Virus record (IMG/VR): IMGVR_UViG_3300035188_000399
Location: 13,546-77,545 of that record
DNA: 64,000 nucleotides
Source of the DNA: a virus
Direction: 5' to 3' (one strand)
A program made the translations under genes and the position numbers. The notes under the pieces were generated by a model that saw only the letters and a program-made list of their open reading frames with translations, was not told where the DNA came from and did no database searches. Of the stretch, positions 38,325 to 47,438 are shown in pieces (position 1 is the stretch's first letter; every line of letters starts with the position of its first letter).

Positions 38325-38999
38325 CTATTTCTCGTTAATAAAAGTTAATACGTCACGACCTAATATAATTAAGTCATTTTCAATAATACCGTCTGCTAAG
38401 ATTAATATAGAACCCTCTTTAATTTCCACTAAGAATTCATAATCGTCTCTTTTAAACTTAGCGGTTCTGCCATCTACCCCTGTAATACTAAATGCTCCAC
38501 GTGTAACATCAGTTTCTAATTTAATACCTGGTTGTGTTGCAATGATCTCTTTTAAACGCTTAAATGCTTCATCACTTGCTAAAGAGACACTAACTTTCAT
38601 ATCGTCAATTTTACAATTTGGATATAAAAGTTTTAATAAATCCACTTCAGCATTAGAAGAACATTTTAATGTTTTAGACTCAAGTGTAACAATTGCATTC
38701 TTAGGCACTATTTGCAAGGCTCTGTCTAAAGATAATCCCAAGAATTCATTGATTAGCCCTCTCTTTCTATATGCAGCAAATGGAATACTTGCATACATTT
38801 GAGTCTCTTCTGGCAAATCAAATATTACACGCATTTGAGTTTGTCTAGAAGTATTTAAAAGATCTTCTTTAGACACTAAGGGAATCCCTATTAATACTAA
38901 TTCATTACATTTTTCAACTAAAGTTTTACCTTCATTACGGGCCATTACTGCAACCGCATCACGAATTTTGTGTGTTGTATATACTGTAACTGTTTTCAT
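38325..38999 (-). CDS. Hypothetical protein (possible N-terminal ribbon-helix-helix)
   Basis: The N-terminal KTVTVYTTHKIRDAVAVMARNEGKT has an RHH-like pattern. Confidence 0.55.
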   Translation of the reverse strand: MKTVTVYTTHKIRDAVAVMARNEGKTLVEKCNELVLIGIPLVSKEDLLNTSRQTQMRVIFDLPEETQMYASIPFAAYRKRGLINEFLGLSLDRALQIVPKNAIVTLESKTLKCSSNAEVDLLKLLYPNCKIDDMKVSVSLASDEAFKRLKEIIATQPGIKLETDVTRGAFSITGVDGRTAKFKRDDYEFLVEIKEGSILILADGIIENDLIILGRDVLTFINEK

Positions 39000-39026
39000 T
39001 TGATGTTCCTTTAATTAAATTAGATT

Positions 39027-39056
39027 AAAAACCCCTTAACCATTACGGTCAAGGGG
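39027..39056 (-). terminator. Terminator
   Basis: CCCCTTGACC-GTAAT-GGTTAAGGGG then TTTTT. Confidence 0.7.
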
Positions 39057-39069
39057 TGTTTGTTAAAAA

Positions 39070-39684
39070 TTACTTACCAGCTTTTGCTTCACGTTTTAAA
39101 CGATTAGCTTCACGTTTTGCAGCTAATTCAGCTACAGCTTCTGGGCCTTTAGCCTCAGCTTCTGCATCTTCTTCAGCACGTTTCTTAGCTTGGTATTCTG
39201 CTAAACCAGCAGCAGCTTTAGGTGATACTTCGCGTTTCTCAACGCCAGCACTATAAGCTTCCAAAATAGCAGCAGAATTACTAACAACATAATCAGCAAG
39301 TTCAGGATTACCTGATGCTTGTAAGATTTCTGTTTTAGCGGCTTCTACTTTTTCTTCAGCAGTTAAACGTTTAACAGCAGGCCATCTGAACGAATCTAAG
39401 ACAGCTTTTGCATTGTCAAATAAGAAACCTGAAGTGATTTCCGCTAATGCTTTTTCCAATTTGTTATAATCAGATTTAGTCACACGACGAATAGTACCAC
39501 TTTCGAAAGCAGATTCAACTGTGTCTTGGTTATCTACTAACCAATCGGCGACTTCCGTTTGATTGTTTACAGCTGTTAACATAGCTGCTAAAATCAATGG
39601 ACGTCTAACAAAGTTTAATGCTTCTGCTTTAGTTGCAAATGTTTGACCGTTTACTACGAATGCTTGTTGGATTTGAACTGACAT
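39070..39684 (-). CDS. Hypothetical protein, monocistronic and probably highly expressed
   Basis: Has its own class A motif and terminator. Ala/Lys/Glu-rich basic tail. Confidence 0.75.
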   Translation of the reverse strand: MSVQIQQAFVVNGQTFATKAEALNFVRRPLILAAMLTAVNNQTEVADWLVDNQDTVESAFESGTIRRVTKSDYNKLEKALAEITSGFLFDNAKAVLDSFRWPAVKRLTAEEKVEAAKTEILQASGNPELADYVVSNSAAILEAYSAGVEKREVSPKAAAGLAEYQAKKRAEEDAEAEAKGPEAVAELAAKREANRLKREAKAGK

Positions 39685-39818
39685 GATGAATTCCTTAAGA
39701 TAAATTATTAATTAATATTTATCTGTGCGGTCCCACTTAGTGCGCTCTTGCCCAAGGCTTCTTACCAATGCTCTTACAGTTATTAACACGAGATGAGAGT
39801 CTAACTTCTTATTTGAAA

Positions 39819-39838
39819 TTAGGGTTAATTTAACGGGG
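39819..39838 (-). promoter_or_regulatory. Class A repeated motif
   Basis: Exact 20-nt copy. Confidence 0.65.
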
Positions 39839-39885
39839 TTGGCACACTCGCATTACAACCCGAACCCGTTAATGTACTGCTTTTG

Positions 39886-40239
39886 CTACGCGGTGGCCGC
39901 AGGTGGCACGAGAAATCTGTCCCATGCCTGCAGGGATGCCTCGGACGCGGTTGCTCCGTGTGCCCCCGTTTCTGCCCCAAAATTGGGCACCTGCACGCCC
40001 ACTGGCACAACTGGCGGCTCATCGCCAATCTCAATCAAATCCAGCGGCATACCCATATCCGCATCAGCTATATTGAAATAGCCTTTAATAGACCATGTTC
40101 CGCGTTCCCAATCCCCGTCTTCATCCTTGTAAAGACCAATTACACGATAAGGATCTACTGTATATTGTTCATCAATTATTGCTAATAAGAGAACTGGGAA
40201 ACCACATCTAGTTTCATATACTTTATTAATATTAATCAT
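39886..40239 (-). CDS. Repeat-family protein with GC-rich read-through tail
   Basis: ININKVYETRCG...YRVIG...WSIKG...DLIEI. Confidence 0.65.
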   Translation of the reverse strand: MININKVYETRCGFPVLLLAIIDEQYTVDPYRVIGLYKDEDGDWERGTWSIKGYFNIADADMGMPLDLIEIGDEPPVVPVGVQVPNFGAETGAHGATASEASLQAWDRFLVPPAATA

Positions 40240-40487
40240 TTTCTTACTACCCCTTGGCTTGGATCTTGAAGTTCGACAAGCTCATAAACGTGCTTGCCAT
40301 CGATTACAACACCACCAATATTAGTTTGGTGGACTAGCTTATAGCCATCGTATTTTGAACTTACGACAGCTAAACATATTATTACCGCTACCATCATTCC
40401 GATGATAAAGGATATTAAATCAAATTTTTCCTTCATGTTATTAACCTCTTGGTTTGTTAATAAAAGTTTACCTTTAAACTCTTTCAT
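40236..40487 (-). CDS. Small membrane protein
   Basis: Hydrophobic LISFIIGMMVAVIICLAVV. The true start is likely the second Met. Confidence 0.55.
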   Translation of the reverse strand: MKEFKGKLLLTNQEVNNMKEKFDLISFIIGMMVAVIICLAVVSSKYDGYKLVHQTNIGGVVIDGKHVYELVELQDPSQGVVRK

Positions 40488-40509
40488 ATAAGATACCTAA
40501 TTTGCCGCA
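40484..40509 (-). promoter_or_regulatory. Class B repeated motif TGCGG-N7-GGTATCTTATATGA (putative phage RNAP promoter)
   Basis: One of three copies with identical spacing. Confidence 0.6.
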
Positions 40510-40709
40510 ATTAAATCTAAGTCATTATCAAAGACTTCTTCATCACATCTGCCGTCAAGCCTCCATCTTTCATCAATCCACTCTGCATAATCAGTGTCAT
40601 AGTAGCGACCCAACACTGGATACTCAGTTTTAACTGATGTGATAATTTGATGTACTTCAGTTTTAAAGCCACATCGAGTTTTATACTTCTTTTGAATCTC
40701 TATTTTCAT
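40497..40709 (-). CDS. Repeat-family protein
   Basis: IEIQKKYKTRCG...YPVLG...WRLDG...DLI. Confidence 0.7.
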   Translation of the reverse strand: MKIEIQKKYKTRCGFKTEVHQIITSVKTEYPVLGRYYDTDYAEWIDERWRLDGRCDEEVFDNDLDLIAAN

Positions 40710-40896
40710 ATCGGAACCTATAAGAAAAGTTTTTAGTGCTCATTGTGTAGACTTCACCAGTCATTGTATATTGATATACAATAGAGTCTACCCAACGGGT
40801 TTCACGACTACAATGCATCATACCTTCATATAGCACTTTAACTCTCGTGCCGGCTGAATTGCCAATATACTCTTGCCCTACAATTGGAACTATCAT
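40681..40896 (-). CDS. Small SH3-like hypothetical protein
   Basis: IVGQEY...VKVLY...IVYQ..TGEVYT...F..RF. Confidence 0.55.
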   Translation of the reverse strand: MIVPIVGQEYIGNSAGTRVKVLYEGMMHCSRETRWVDSIVYQYTMTGEVYTMSTKNFSYRFRYENRDSKEV

Positions 40897-41126
40897 TCGT
40901 GTACCTCTTCAACTAAGTCTTGGCCAAATCTATTACGACCCCATTCGTCTACAATTAACACAGGATGACGTTGTGAAATCCCTTTTCTAATATTAGCAGT
41001 CCAATTGCCGTCGTCATCTGCGTGAATAACCTTATAAACACGGCCATCTTCTGTGCGATATTGTGTACCTACCTTTAATGATAAGGCTCTTCGTGATTTA
41101 AAACTCATCATTTCACGTATAAACAT
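40893..41126 (-). CDS. Repeat-family protein
   Basis: LKVGTQYRTEDGRVYKV...DEWG...DLVEEV. Confidence 0.65.
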   Translation of the reverse strand: MFIREMMSFKSRRALSLKVGTQYRTEDGRVYKVIHADDDGNWTANIRKGISQRHPVLIVDEWGRNRFGQDLVEEVHE

Positions 41127-41135
41127 ATTATTACC

Positions 41136-41459
41136 TCACCCGTAGAGCGGTACTAGATTTCTAATCGTACTTTCTAACTTTGTTGGATTAAAACCTTTAA
41201 CCGTCCCATCTGGTTTAATTCTTGAAAATTCTTCTTTCCACTCTCCAGTAAACGAACCATCAAAACTTGATCTAACTGCCCCTTCGTATAACCACCCTAC
41301 AGGTTTTTGTTTATTGTCGTGCATTGCCATCATTGCATTAGCAAACCAACCAAACATAGCTTCCCTATCAACATTGCAATTAGGGTAGGTTTTAAAAAAG
41401 AAATCTGTCCACTCTCTTGCATCTGTACTGCTGTGAATGCTCATATCGTAGTCACTCAT
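41136..41459 (-). CDS. Hypothetical protein
   Basis: ORF track. Confidence 0.6.
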   Translation of the reverse strand: MSDYDMSIHSSTDAREWTDFFFKTYPNCNVDREAMFGWFANAMMAMHDNKQKPVGWLYEGAVRSSFDGSFTGEWKEEFSRIKPDGTVKGFNPTKLESTIRNLVPLYG

Positions 41460-41462
41460 AAA

Positions 41463-41618
41463 TTACCCCGGTGGATTGCATGAGTAGCACATGCAGTTTC
41501 TGTGATAGCCGTGTGGGCCAAGAATTCTGTCACCATCTTCCTCCCAATTTTCTTCCTCTGGTTCTGGATCGTAATCCCATTCTTGTGATTCAGTTAGTCT
41601 GCCTCTATAAAATGTCAT
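41463..41618 (-). CDS. Small acidic protein with Cys/His C-terminus, 51 aa
   Basis: MTFYRGR...EPEEENWEEDGD...HGYHRNCMCYSCNPPG, read manually. Confidence 0.5.
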   Translation of the reverse strand: MTFYRGRLTESQEWDYDPEPEEENWEEDGDRILGPHGYHRNCMCYSCNPPG

Positions 41619-41637
41619 ATCTTATCTCTCAGTAAAT

Positions 41638-41928
41638 TTATGTGTTAATAAGATTTGTTAGCTGATCACTTTCTATGGCACCCTGCAGGGTGCCATAAGA
41701 TGGAAAGTAGCCTGTCAGACTACAAGTCCCTCCACCTTCAAAGTAGATGCTTTCATTAGAGAAATTGAAGCCAATTATCGTCTTCGACCCTCTTCTCGCG
41801 GTCCCCCATGTCTGGCCTATTGCGAATTCAGTCCCGTTTACACGAATGCGTTTCTTTGACTTATGAATCTCCAATTCACCACCAAGGCGATGGTAACGTT
41901 GCCACTCTGCGTCCTCATACATGCTCAT
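41638..41928 (-). CDS. Hypothetical protein (possible repeat-family member)
   Basis: FAIGQTWGTARRG. Confidence 0.55.
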   Translation of the reverse strand: MSMYEDAEWQRYHRLGGELEIHKSKKRIRVNGTEFAIGQTWGTARRGSKTIIGFNFSNESIYFEGGGTCSLTGYFPSYGTLQGAIESDQLTNLINT

Positions 41929-42073
41929 GTCTCATCTCTCCAATAAATGTCTTTCAACTTAGCTTCAACCACATGTTCTAATTGTTTAATGTACACGTAT
42001 ACATCGTATGGCACTTTGAAATGCGCAAGTTTACGCGTTTTTAAATCGGGGATTGCTACAAAGTATGAACCTG

Positions 42074-42202
42074 TCACGTATCCTCCTCTTCCCATTCATC
42101 ATCAAGTTCTTCTTCATCATCGTCGATCCAAGACTCGTCCTCATCTTCAGCTGCTACTTTACCCCAATCTACTTCTTCGCCATAATTTTCATATAGATCC
42201 AT
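42074..42202 (-). CDS. Very acidic 42-aa protein
   Basis: MDLYENYGEEVDWGKVAAEDEDESWIDDDEEELDDEWEEEDT with SD GAGG. Confidence 0.55.
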   Translation of the reverse strand: MDLYENYGEEVDWGKVAAEDEDESWIDDDEEELDDEWEEEDT

Positions 42203-42204
42203 TG

Positions 42205-43077
42205 TTAAACCTCTTTAATTAAGTCTTCATCACTGTAAGCGCCACAGTCATAATAATAACCTTTGCGTGTATATATACGTAAGGAATCATCACTCGCGCC
42301 CATTGCAACAACATGTTCATTATCTCTAATATGTATTATCTCATACTTATCACCACGCTCGTTAACATACATACTACCAACTTCTAAGCAGAGTCCATTG
42401 AATTCACTCACAAGACTTATTTCTGCGATAGGAAATTGCTGTCCCTTGAGCAATCCTGTTAATTTAGTTGCAAGTCCTGATTCAACCCTATACACATGAC
42501 CTTTGGCACCGATATAAAGCTTTTTATCATCTGGAGGAAAGACATCAACTATATCATAATCAGACTGTTCATTTTCAAATATTTCACCATATTTACTTAC
42601 ACCAAACTTGCAGCCATTAGTTGTACTATATTCATATCTATAGAACCCTACGTCACTGGTTGTTTTTGCTATACTAGCCATTTGACCGCTACGTGTTACA
42701 TAAATACCACCTACTTTTACTCTAGGCGGTCTTAGCAAATCGCACTCAGATTTTGTATCAAAATACATTTTACCGTCTATTGTGTAGTCATAGCCATTAT
42801 CACCACTAAATACATATCTACCATAATGCTCTATATCTGTTAATGTTACAGGATTTCCCTCTCGTGTAAAATACTGACGACCTGCTTTAAACTTAAAATT
42901 ACGTACACGTTCTACTAAATCCCAATCTGATTCGTCATAATCAAATCTCTTACCATTCTTTGTTACTGTATAATCAGCATTTGTACCAAACGGGTACACA
43001 GGACTCTCTGTCGTCTCAATAACTCTGACAACTTTACCGTGACGTGTTCTATACTTCTTGTTCAGCTTTATTTTCAT
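42205..43077 (-). CDS. Repeat-family protein with 4-5 tandem modules
   Basis: KKYRTRHG, RQYFTREG, GIYVTRSG and SMYVNERG, each closing with a D.DL/DI motif. Confidence 0.8.
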   Translation of the reverse strand: MKIKLNKKYRTRHGKVVRVIETTESPVYPFGTNADYTVTKNGKRFDYDESDWDLVERVRNFKFKAGRQYFTREGNPVTLTDIEHYGRYVFSGDNGYDYTIDGKMYFDTKSECDLLRPPRVKVGGIYVTRSGQMASIAKTTSDVGFYRYEYSTTNGCKFGVSKYGEIFENEQSDYDIVDVFPPDDKKLYIGAKGHVYRVESGLATKLTGLLKGQQFPIAEISLVSEFNGLCLEVGSMYVNERGDKYEIIHIRDNEHVVAMGASDDSLRIYTRKGYYYDCGAYSDEDLIKEV

Positions 43078-43196
43078 TTTCGATTTCCTTCTGGATTTTA
43101 AATAGGTTCTTTAACTGTCTGTTTCTGATCAAAAGCTCTTGTTCTAACAACTGAATAGCATGTTTCTTTTCAATTATTAGAATTTCCACCTGCCTT

Positions 43197-44564
43197 TCAT
43201 AAATGTAAATTGGCGTCATCATATATGCCCTCCTGAATGTTCAACAAATGTTCTAGAGTATCTGCTTCATCTTTATCATAGCGTCTCTCAATGAACTTAG
43301 GCTCAAATAATGAATAGTTACCTTTTTCATCACAAATTACTTCTGAATACGTTACACCTATAATTGCATATAACCAATCCCCTCTGTCATTCCAAATTTC
43401 TTGTGTCAAGGCATCTGTAAGATTACCTACACCTACTGATAATTCACCATCTTCTGTTACACACAATAGTGAGCCAAATGTATCTTTATTGGCACCTGTT
43501 CCTTCCAAGAACTCAATTACTCTTAACTCACACTCAAACTCTTTCTTAAATTTTACACCACTAGTTGTAGTGCCATCTTTCCATATAAGGTTTACAGCTT
43601 TCAGCATAGTACCTTCACAACCTTTCTTTACAAGCTCTATGAAGTGCTCTTCGGCTTCTTCGAGGTTCTGTACAGTACGTGTATCAATGATACGTGTCCA
43701 TTTAAGATTTGTTCCAAGCTGAATATCATCCATGTTTAGCATGTCATGGTGCAAATTACTTAACCGCTCCCAATACGGAATTGTGCCGCCATTACAGAGT
43801 TCTGGCAAACTTACTCTATCCCATACAACAAATACAGGATGTTCTTCAGGCTTAAAGCTGCCGCCTAAATTTACGCGTCTGATAATACCATTGCTAGTCT
43901 TACGCTCTAGAAACTCTCCATTTACTTCTACCAATAACTCACCATGATATTGAAATCCTCCTTTCATGTGAGGGTTTAATTCGTTGATTAAATCACTGTA
44001 AGCTTCAATAGGCATTGGCTGATAGCTACGAGATAGCATTGTTATATCACCAGCGCTCTTAGTGATATTTACAAACAGCCCATCCATCTTTTCCTGTGAA
44101 TACGCAGGGAATTTAAAGTTCTCCATTTTAATATTCTTAGGTAAGCTGAATCTCATATACTTCTTGACAGGAATAAATTCATAGTCTCTAGCCTTATTAA
44201 TAGACTTAGCATCAAAACCTGCTTCAAGGCTTTTATTAAGTATCATCTTAAACAGCAGTTTAGACTTTATAGACAGTGTGCTCATGTGCTCTAATACAGC
44301 ATCTCGCGCAGCATGGCCAGTTAGCCTTCTCTTTGCTAAGTCATCTAATAAGTTAAATGTACTATTATCAAAGAGATAACCATTACTATCTAATGGAAAG
44401 GTAATATTTTTAATGCCATACATTATAAATGGGTTGTATGTGTGCCATACTACGTCTTCAAAGTTTTCGTCTTCAAAACCATACGCCAACATCTTAATCT
44501 TTTCATTCTTAGAAGGCTGTTCTTTAATAGCTTCTATTAAGTCGTAAATTTCATCACTGTTCAT
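43197..44564 (-). CDS. lig: ATP-dependent DNA ligase
   Basis: EKMDG (motif I), YHGEL, FVVWD, EGTMLK, VKFK, and SLFEPKFIERRYDK. Confidence 0.92.
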   Translation of the reverse strand: MNSDEIYDLIEAIKEQPSKNEKIKMLAYGFEDENFEDVVWHTYNPFIMYGIKNITFPLDSNGYLFDNSTFNLLDDLAKRRLTGHAARDAVLEHMSTLSIKSKLLFKMILNKSLEAGFDAKSINKARDYEFIPVKKYMRFSLPKNIKMENFKFPAYSQEKMDGLFVNITKSAGDITMLSRSYQPMPIEAYSDLINELNPHMKGGFQYHGELLVEVNGEFLERKTSNGIIRRVNLGGSFKPEEHPVFVVWDRVSLPELCNGGTIPYWERLSNLHHDMLNMDDIQLGTNLKWTRIIDTRTVQNLEEAEEHFIELVKKGCEGTMLKAVNLIWKDGTTTSGVKFKKEFECELRVIEFLEGTGANKDTFGSLLCVTEDGELSVGVGNLTDALTQEIWNDRGDWLYAIIGVTYSEVICDEKGNYSLFEPKFIERRYDKDEADTLEHLLNIQEGIYDDANLHL

Positions 44565-44576
44565 AAAACCTCCGAT

Positions 44577-44600
44577 AAAAAGGGGAACCGAAGTTCCCCT
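44577..44600 (-). terminator. Terminator (C-UUCG-G loop)
   Basis: AGGGGAAC-TTCG-GTTCCCCT then TTTT. Confidence 0.8.
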
Positions 44601-44746
44601 ATAATTAATTCCACGCTAAATATTCATTCATACGGTAACCACTAAGGCCCCATTTATATGCTTCAACATACTTATATTTACGATACAATGCTCGTAATTG
44701 TTTCCTACGCTGTTGACTGTTACCTGATAATACAAAATGACTTGGG

Positions 44747-46447
44747 CTAAGCGTGACAAGCGATACATTCTCCTGCTGCGTTTGATTTGATTCCATTAGT
44801 AGTCCTAATATAGTAAAGTGACTTAATACCTTCATCTTCAAATGCCATTTGATGAATCTTAGAAATATAAGCTTCACTTTCATCAGCGCTAAAGAAAAGG
44901 TTAATAGATTGAGCCTGATCAATATATCTTTGACGAGCAGATGCCAACCTAATAATTGCTTCAGGTGAAATTTCAAATGCTGTTTTAAACACAGCTTTTT
45001 CTTCATCAGTTAGATAATCTTCATTCTGAACTGAACCATTATCATCTACAATACGCTTCATTGCAGCTGTTACATCTTCACCATGAGACTTGATAATCTC
45101 TCTAAGCTTTGGTGGTGATCTAAACATTTTACCGCCAGCAGTGTTTTGTACAAACGCATTTTTATAGATTGGTTCAATACCTTGTGACATACCACCAGCA
45201 AATAGCGCTGATGACAAGTTAGGTGCAATAGCTATTAAATGTGTGTTACGCATTCCATGACCACGACACCAATCGGGTTCGCCCCATTCGCGTGCCATCC
45301 ATTTAGATGCATCTCTAGCTCTTTCACGCAAATGATAGAACATGGACTGACTAAGATTATGAGCTTCAAATGAATCGAATGGTAACATCTTTTCTTGTAG
45401 ATAACTATGGAAGCCTAACATACCTAAACCTAAGGCTCTCGACTTCTCAGCAAATCTAACAATACGCTCCATTCCTTTCTTTTTCTTACCAATTTCAATT
45501 TGGTCTTGATTGACACAGTCTAAGAATACAGTAGCAATAAAGACAGCATCCGTATCTTTCCATTGGTCATAATACAGTGCGTTCATTGAAGAGAGTACAC
45601 ACGCAAATGTATATTCTTCTTCTTTGTATTCACCACTGAATAATGCAATTTCTGTACACAAGTTAGATGCTTTAACTTCCAATCCCATAGACTGATACAT
45701 GGGAGGATTAGCGCGGTTTACTTTATCAACAAAGAAGAAATATCCTTTCCCTAACAGTCTAAGCTTCATTGCACGTTGGTAGCGTCTAATTGCATCAGAA
45801 TCGCCTGCATTCATGCGTGCTATAAATGCATCACTTACAATCCAACCTACATTAGCATCATCAGGATACTTCATGATGTGTGTCACTAGCTCATCGAAGT
45901 CAGCATGATCAATTTCTAAATAGCCTGCCCATGCACCACGTCTCTGTGAACCTTGAGAAATATCTTGCGCTACTTTTACAAATCCCTTAAAGACTGGTAA
46001 CACGCCACTAGCACTCCCAGCGACACCACTAATTGCACTACCACGAGAACGAATATTCCCCATGTAGTTAGATGTTCCGTAGCCTTGTTGACTAAGCACT
46101 GCGACTTCTTTTTGCTTTTCATAGAAATCATAAACATTATCTTCTACTGCACCGCCTGAACAACTTACAGGGCATCCAAACCCTGTTCCCATATTTGCCA
46201 TTACTGGAGTACTAGGAATCAGCCAGCCCTGCCACATAATATCAAAGAACTTTTTCTCCCAATAAATAGGATCAGGTGTATATGATGCGGCATGCTTAGA
46301 GATCCTTTTGTAAATAGATAAAAGATCTGGATACTCTGGAGAGATGTACTTCTCTTTTAATAATTGCCAACTGTTAGTAATAATCCAATCAGGTAATTTC
46401 CCCTCTGCTTGTAATCGTTTACGCTCTAAACTTAATTCTCTATACAT
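44747..46447 (-). CDS. nrdA: Ribonucleotide reductase class I alpha subunit
   Basis: PSTPV, PVSC, RRGA, SNLCTEI, AIAPN, SQGIEP, DQAQSINL, KSLYY and C-terminal CIAC. Probable start at 46447. Confidence 0.93.
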   Translation of the reverse strand: MYRELSLERKRLQAEGKLPDWIITNSWQLLKEKYISPEYPDLLSIYKRISKHAASYTPDPIYWEKKFFDIMWQGWLIPSTPVMANMGTGFGCPVSCSGGAVEDNVYDFYEKQKEVAVLSQQGYGTSNYMGNIRSRGSAISGVAGSASGVLPVFKGFVKVAQDISQGSQRRGAWAGYLEIDHADFDELVTHIMKYPDDANVGWIVSDAFIARMNAGDSDAIRRYQRAMKLRLLGKGYFFFVDKVNRANPPMYQSMGLEVKASNLCTEIALFSGEYKEEEYTFACVLSSMNALYYDQWKDTDAVFIATVFLDCVNQDQIEIGKKKKGMERIVRFAEKSRALGLGMLGFHSYLQEKMLPFDSFEAHNLSQSMFYHLRERARDASKWMAREWGEPDWCRGHGMRNTHLIAIAPNLSSALFAGGMSQGIEPIYKNAFVQNTAGGKMFRSPPKLREIIKSHGEDVTAAMKRIVDDNGSVQNEDYLTDEEKAVFKTAFEISPEAIIRLASARQRYIDQAQSINLFFSADESEAYISKIHQMAFEDEGIKSLYYIRTTNGIKSNAAGECIACHA

Positions 46448-47438
46448 TCTTCGGTGTCCATGTAAATTTGGCTTCTGCCCAGTCTCTACGGTAATCATTA
46501 CCTTGTGCAATGAATGTGTCATGCAGTGTACTTGATTCAATATCCAAATAGAACCAATCAGCAATTGGATTATATTTAGGTTCAAAGATAGCTGGATAGC
46601 CTAGTCTTTCTAAACATATATCTAATCTAGATTGTACAAAATTCTCTAACATCAAAGCATTAATACCAGGAATATCTCCTTTGTCAAAGATTTTCTTGAT
46701 AATCTGTTTCTCATGTTCAAACAAGATCCATGCAGTAATCTCTAATTCATTAGCTAGCTTCTCATGTGCTAAGTATTCTTCAGCTTCTATTGCTTCATGA
46801 TATAGAGTGTTAAACAAATAAGCACCAGCTTGACTATGAATGTTCTCGTCGATTGCCGAAAAATTAATTCCAGCATTGATGTTTTGAAACTTGTTCTTTC
46901 CATTGTTGTTAAAATGTTTAAGGAAGGCAAAACTAGAGTAAAGAATAGCACCTTCAATCATGCTGAATACGCCTACTGATTTTAATTTATCATAGGTTGT
47001 TTCTGATTGTGTAGCTACCTTTTCTAACCATTCCATTCTATCTTTAAGAATAGGATCATCTAAATACGCTAGATAGAATTCAGGATTATCTAATCCTAAT
47101 AGCTCATTAATCTTGTTGTAGAATGGTGCATGAATGTTTAGTTCAAACATTGCAAATACTGAAGCCATCCTTTGAACGTCTGGGCGTGGAAAATGCTTGC
47201 ATATATAATCACGCCAATAGTTATTTCCAACATTAACTTCGTAATGTACAAACAGTAAGAGTACACTAACAATGCCATGATACTCAGCTTCTGTGCAATT
47301 TGTTCGTAATTCATGTATATCTTTCTCCACCTCTACTTCATCAGCAGTCCATAGAATAGATGTTTGTTCTTCAGCAAAATTAATCAATGCTGGGTAATCA
47401 GTACCGTAACACTCTCTTTCTTCGAGTATCTGTGCCAT
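46440..47438 (-). CDS. nrdB: Ribonucleotide reductase class I beta subunit
   Basis: WTADEV, ELNIHAPFY, IEGAILYSSF and DENIH di-metal motifs. Confidence 0.92.
   Translation of the reverse strand: MAQILEERECYGTDYPALINFAEEQTSILWTADEVEVEKDIHELRTNCTEAEYHGIVSVLLLFVHYEVNVGNNYWRDYICKHFPRPDVQRMASVFAMFELNIHAPFYNKINELLGLDNPEFYLAYLDDPILKDRMEWLEKVATQSETTYDKLKSVGVFSMIEGAILYSSFAFLKHFNNNGKNKFQNINAGINFSAIDENIHSQAGAYLFNTLYHEAIEAEEYLAHEKLANELEITAWILFEHEKQIIKKIFDKGDIPGINALMLENFVQSRLDICLERLGYPAIFEPKYNPIADWFYLDIESSTLHDTFIAQGNDYRRDWAEAKFTWTPKNV

Noticed and set aside
39690-39815. Possible tRNA in the long leader
   Set aside because: No cloverleaf or T-loop consensus. No tRNA was recognised anywhere in the window.
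44605-45006. 133-aa minus-strand ORF
   Set aside because: It mostly overlaps nrdA out of frame. At most a short 3' part is real.
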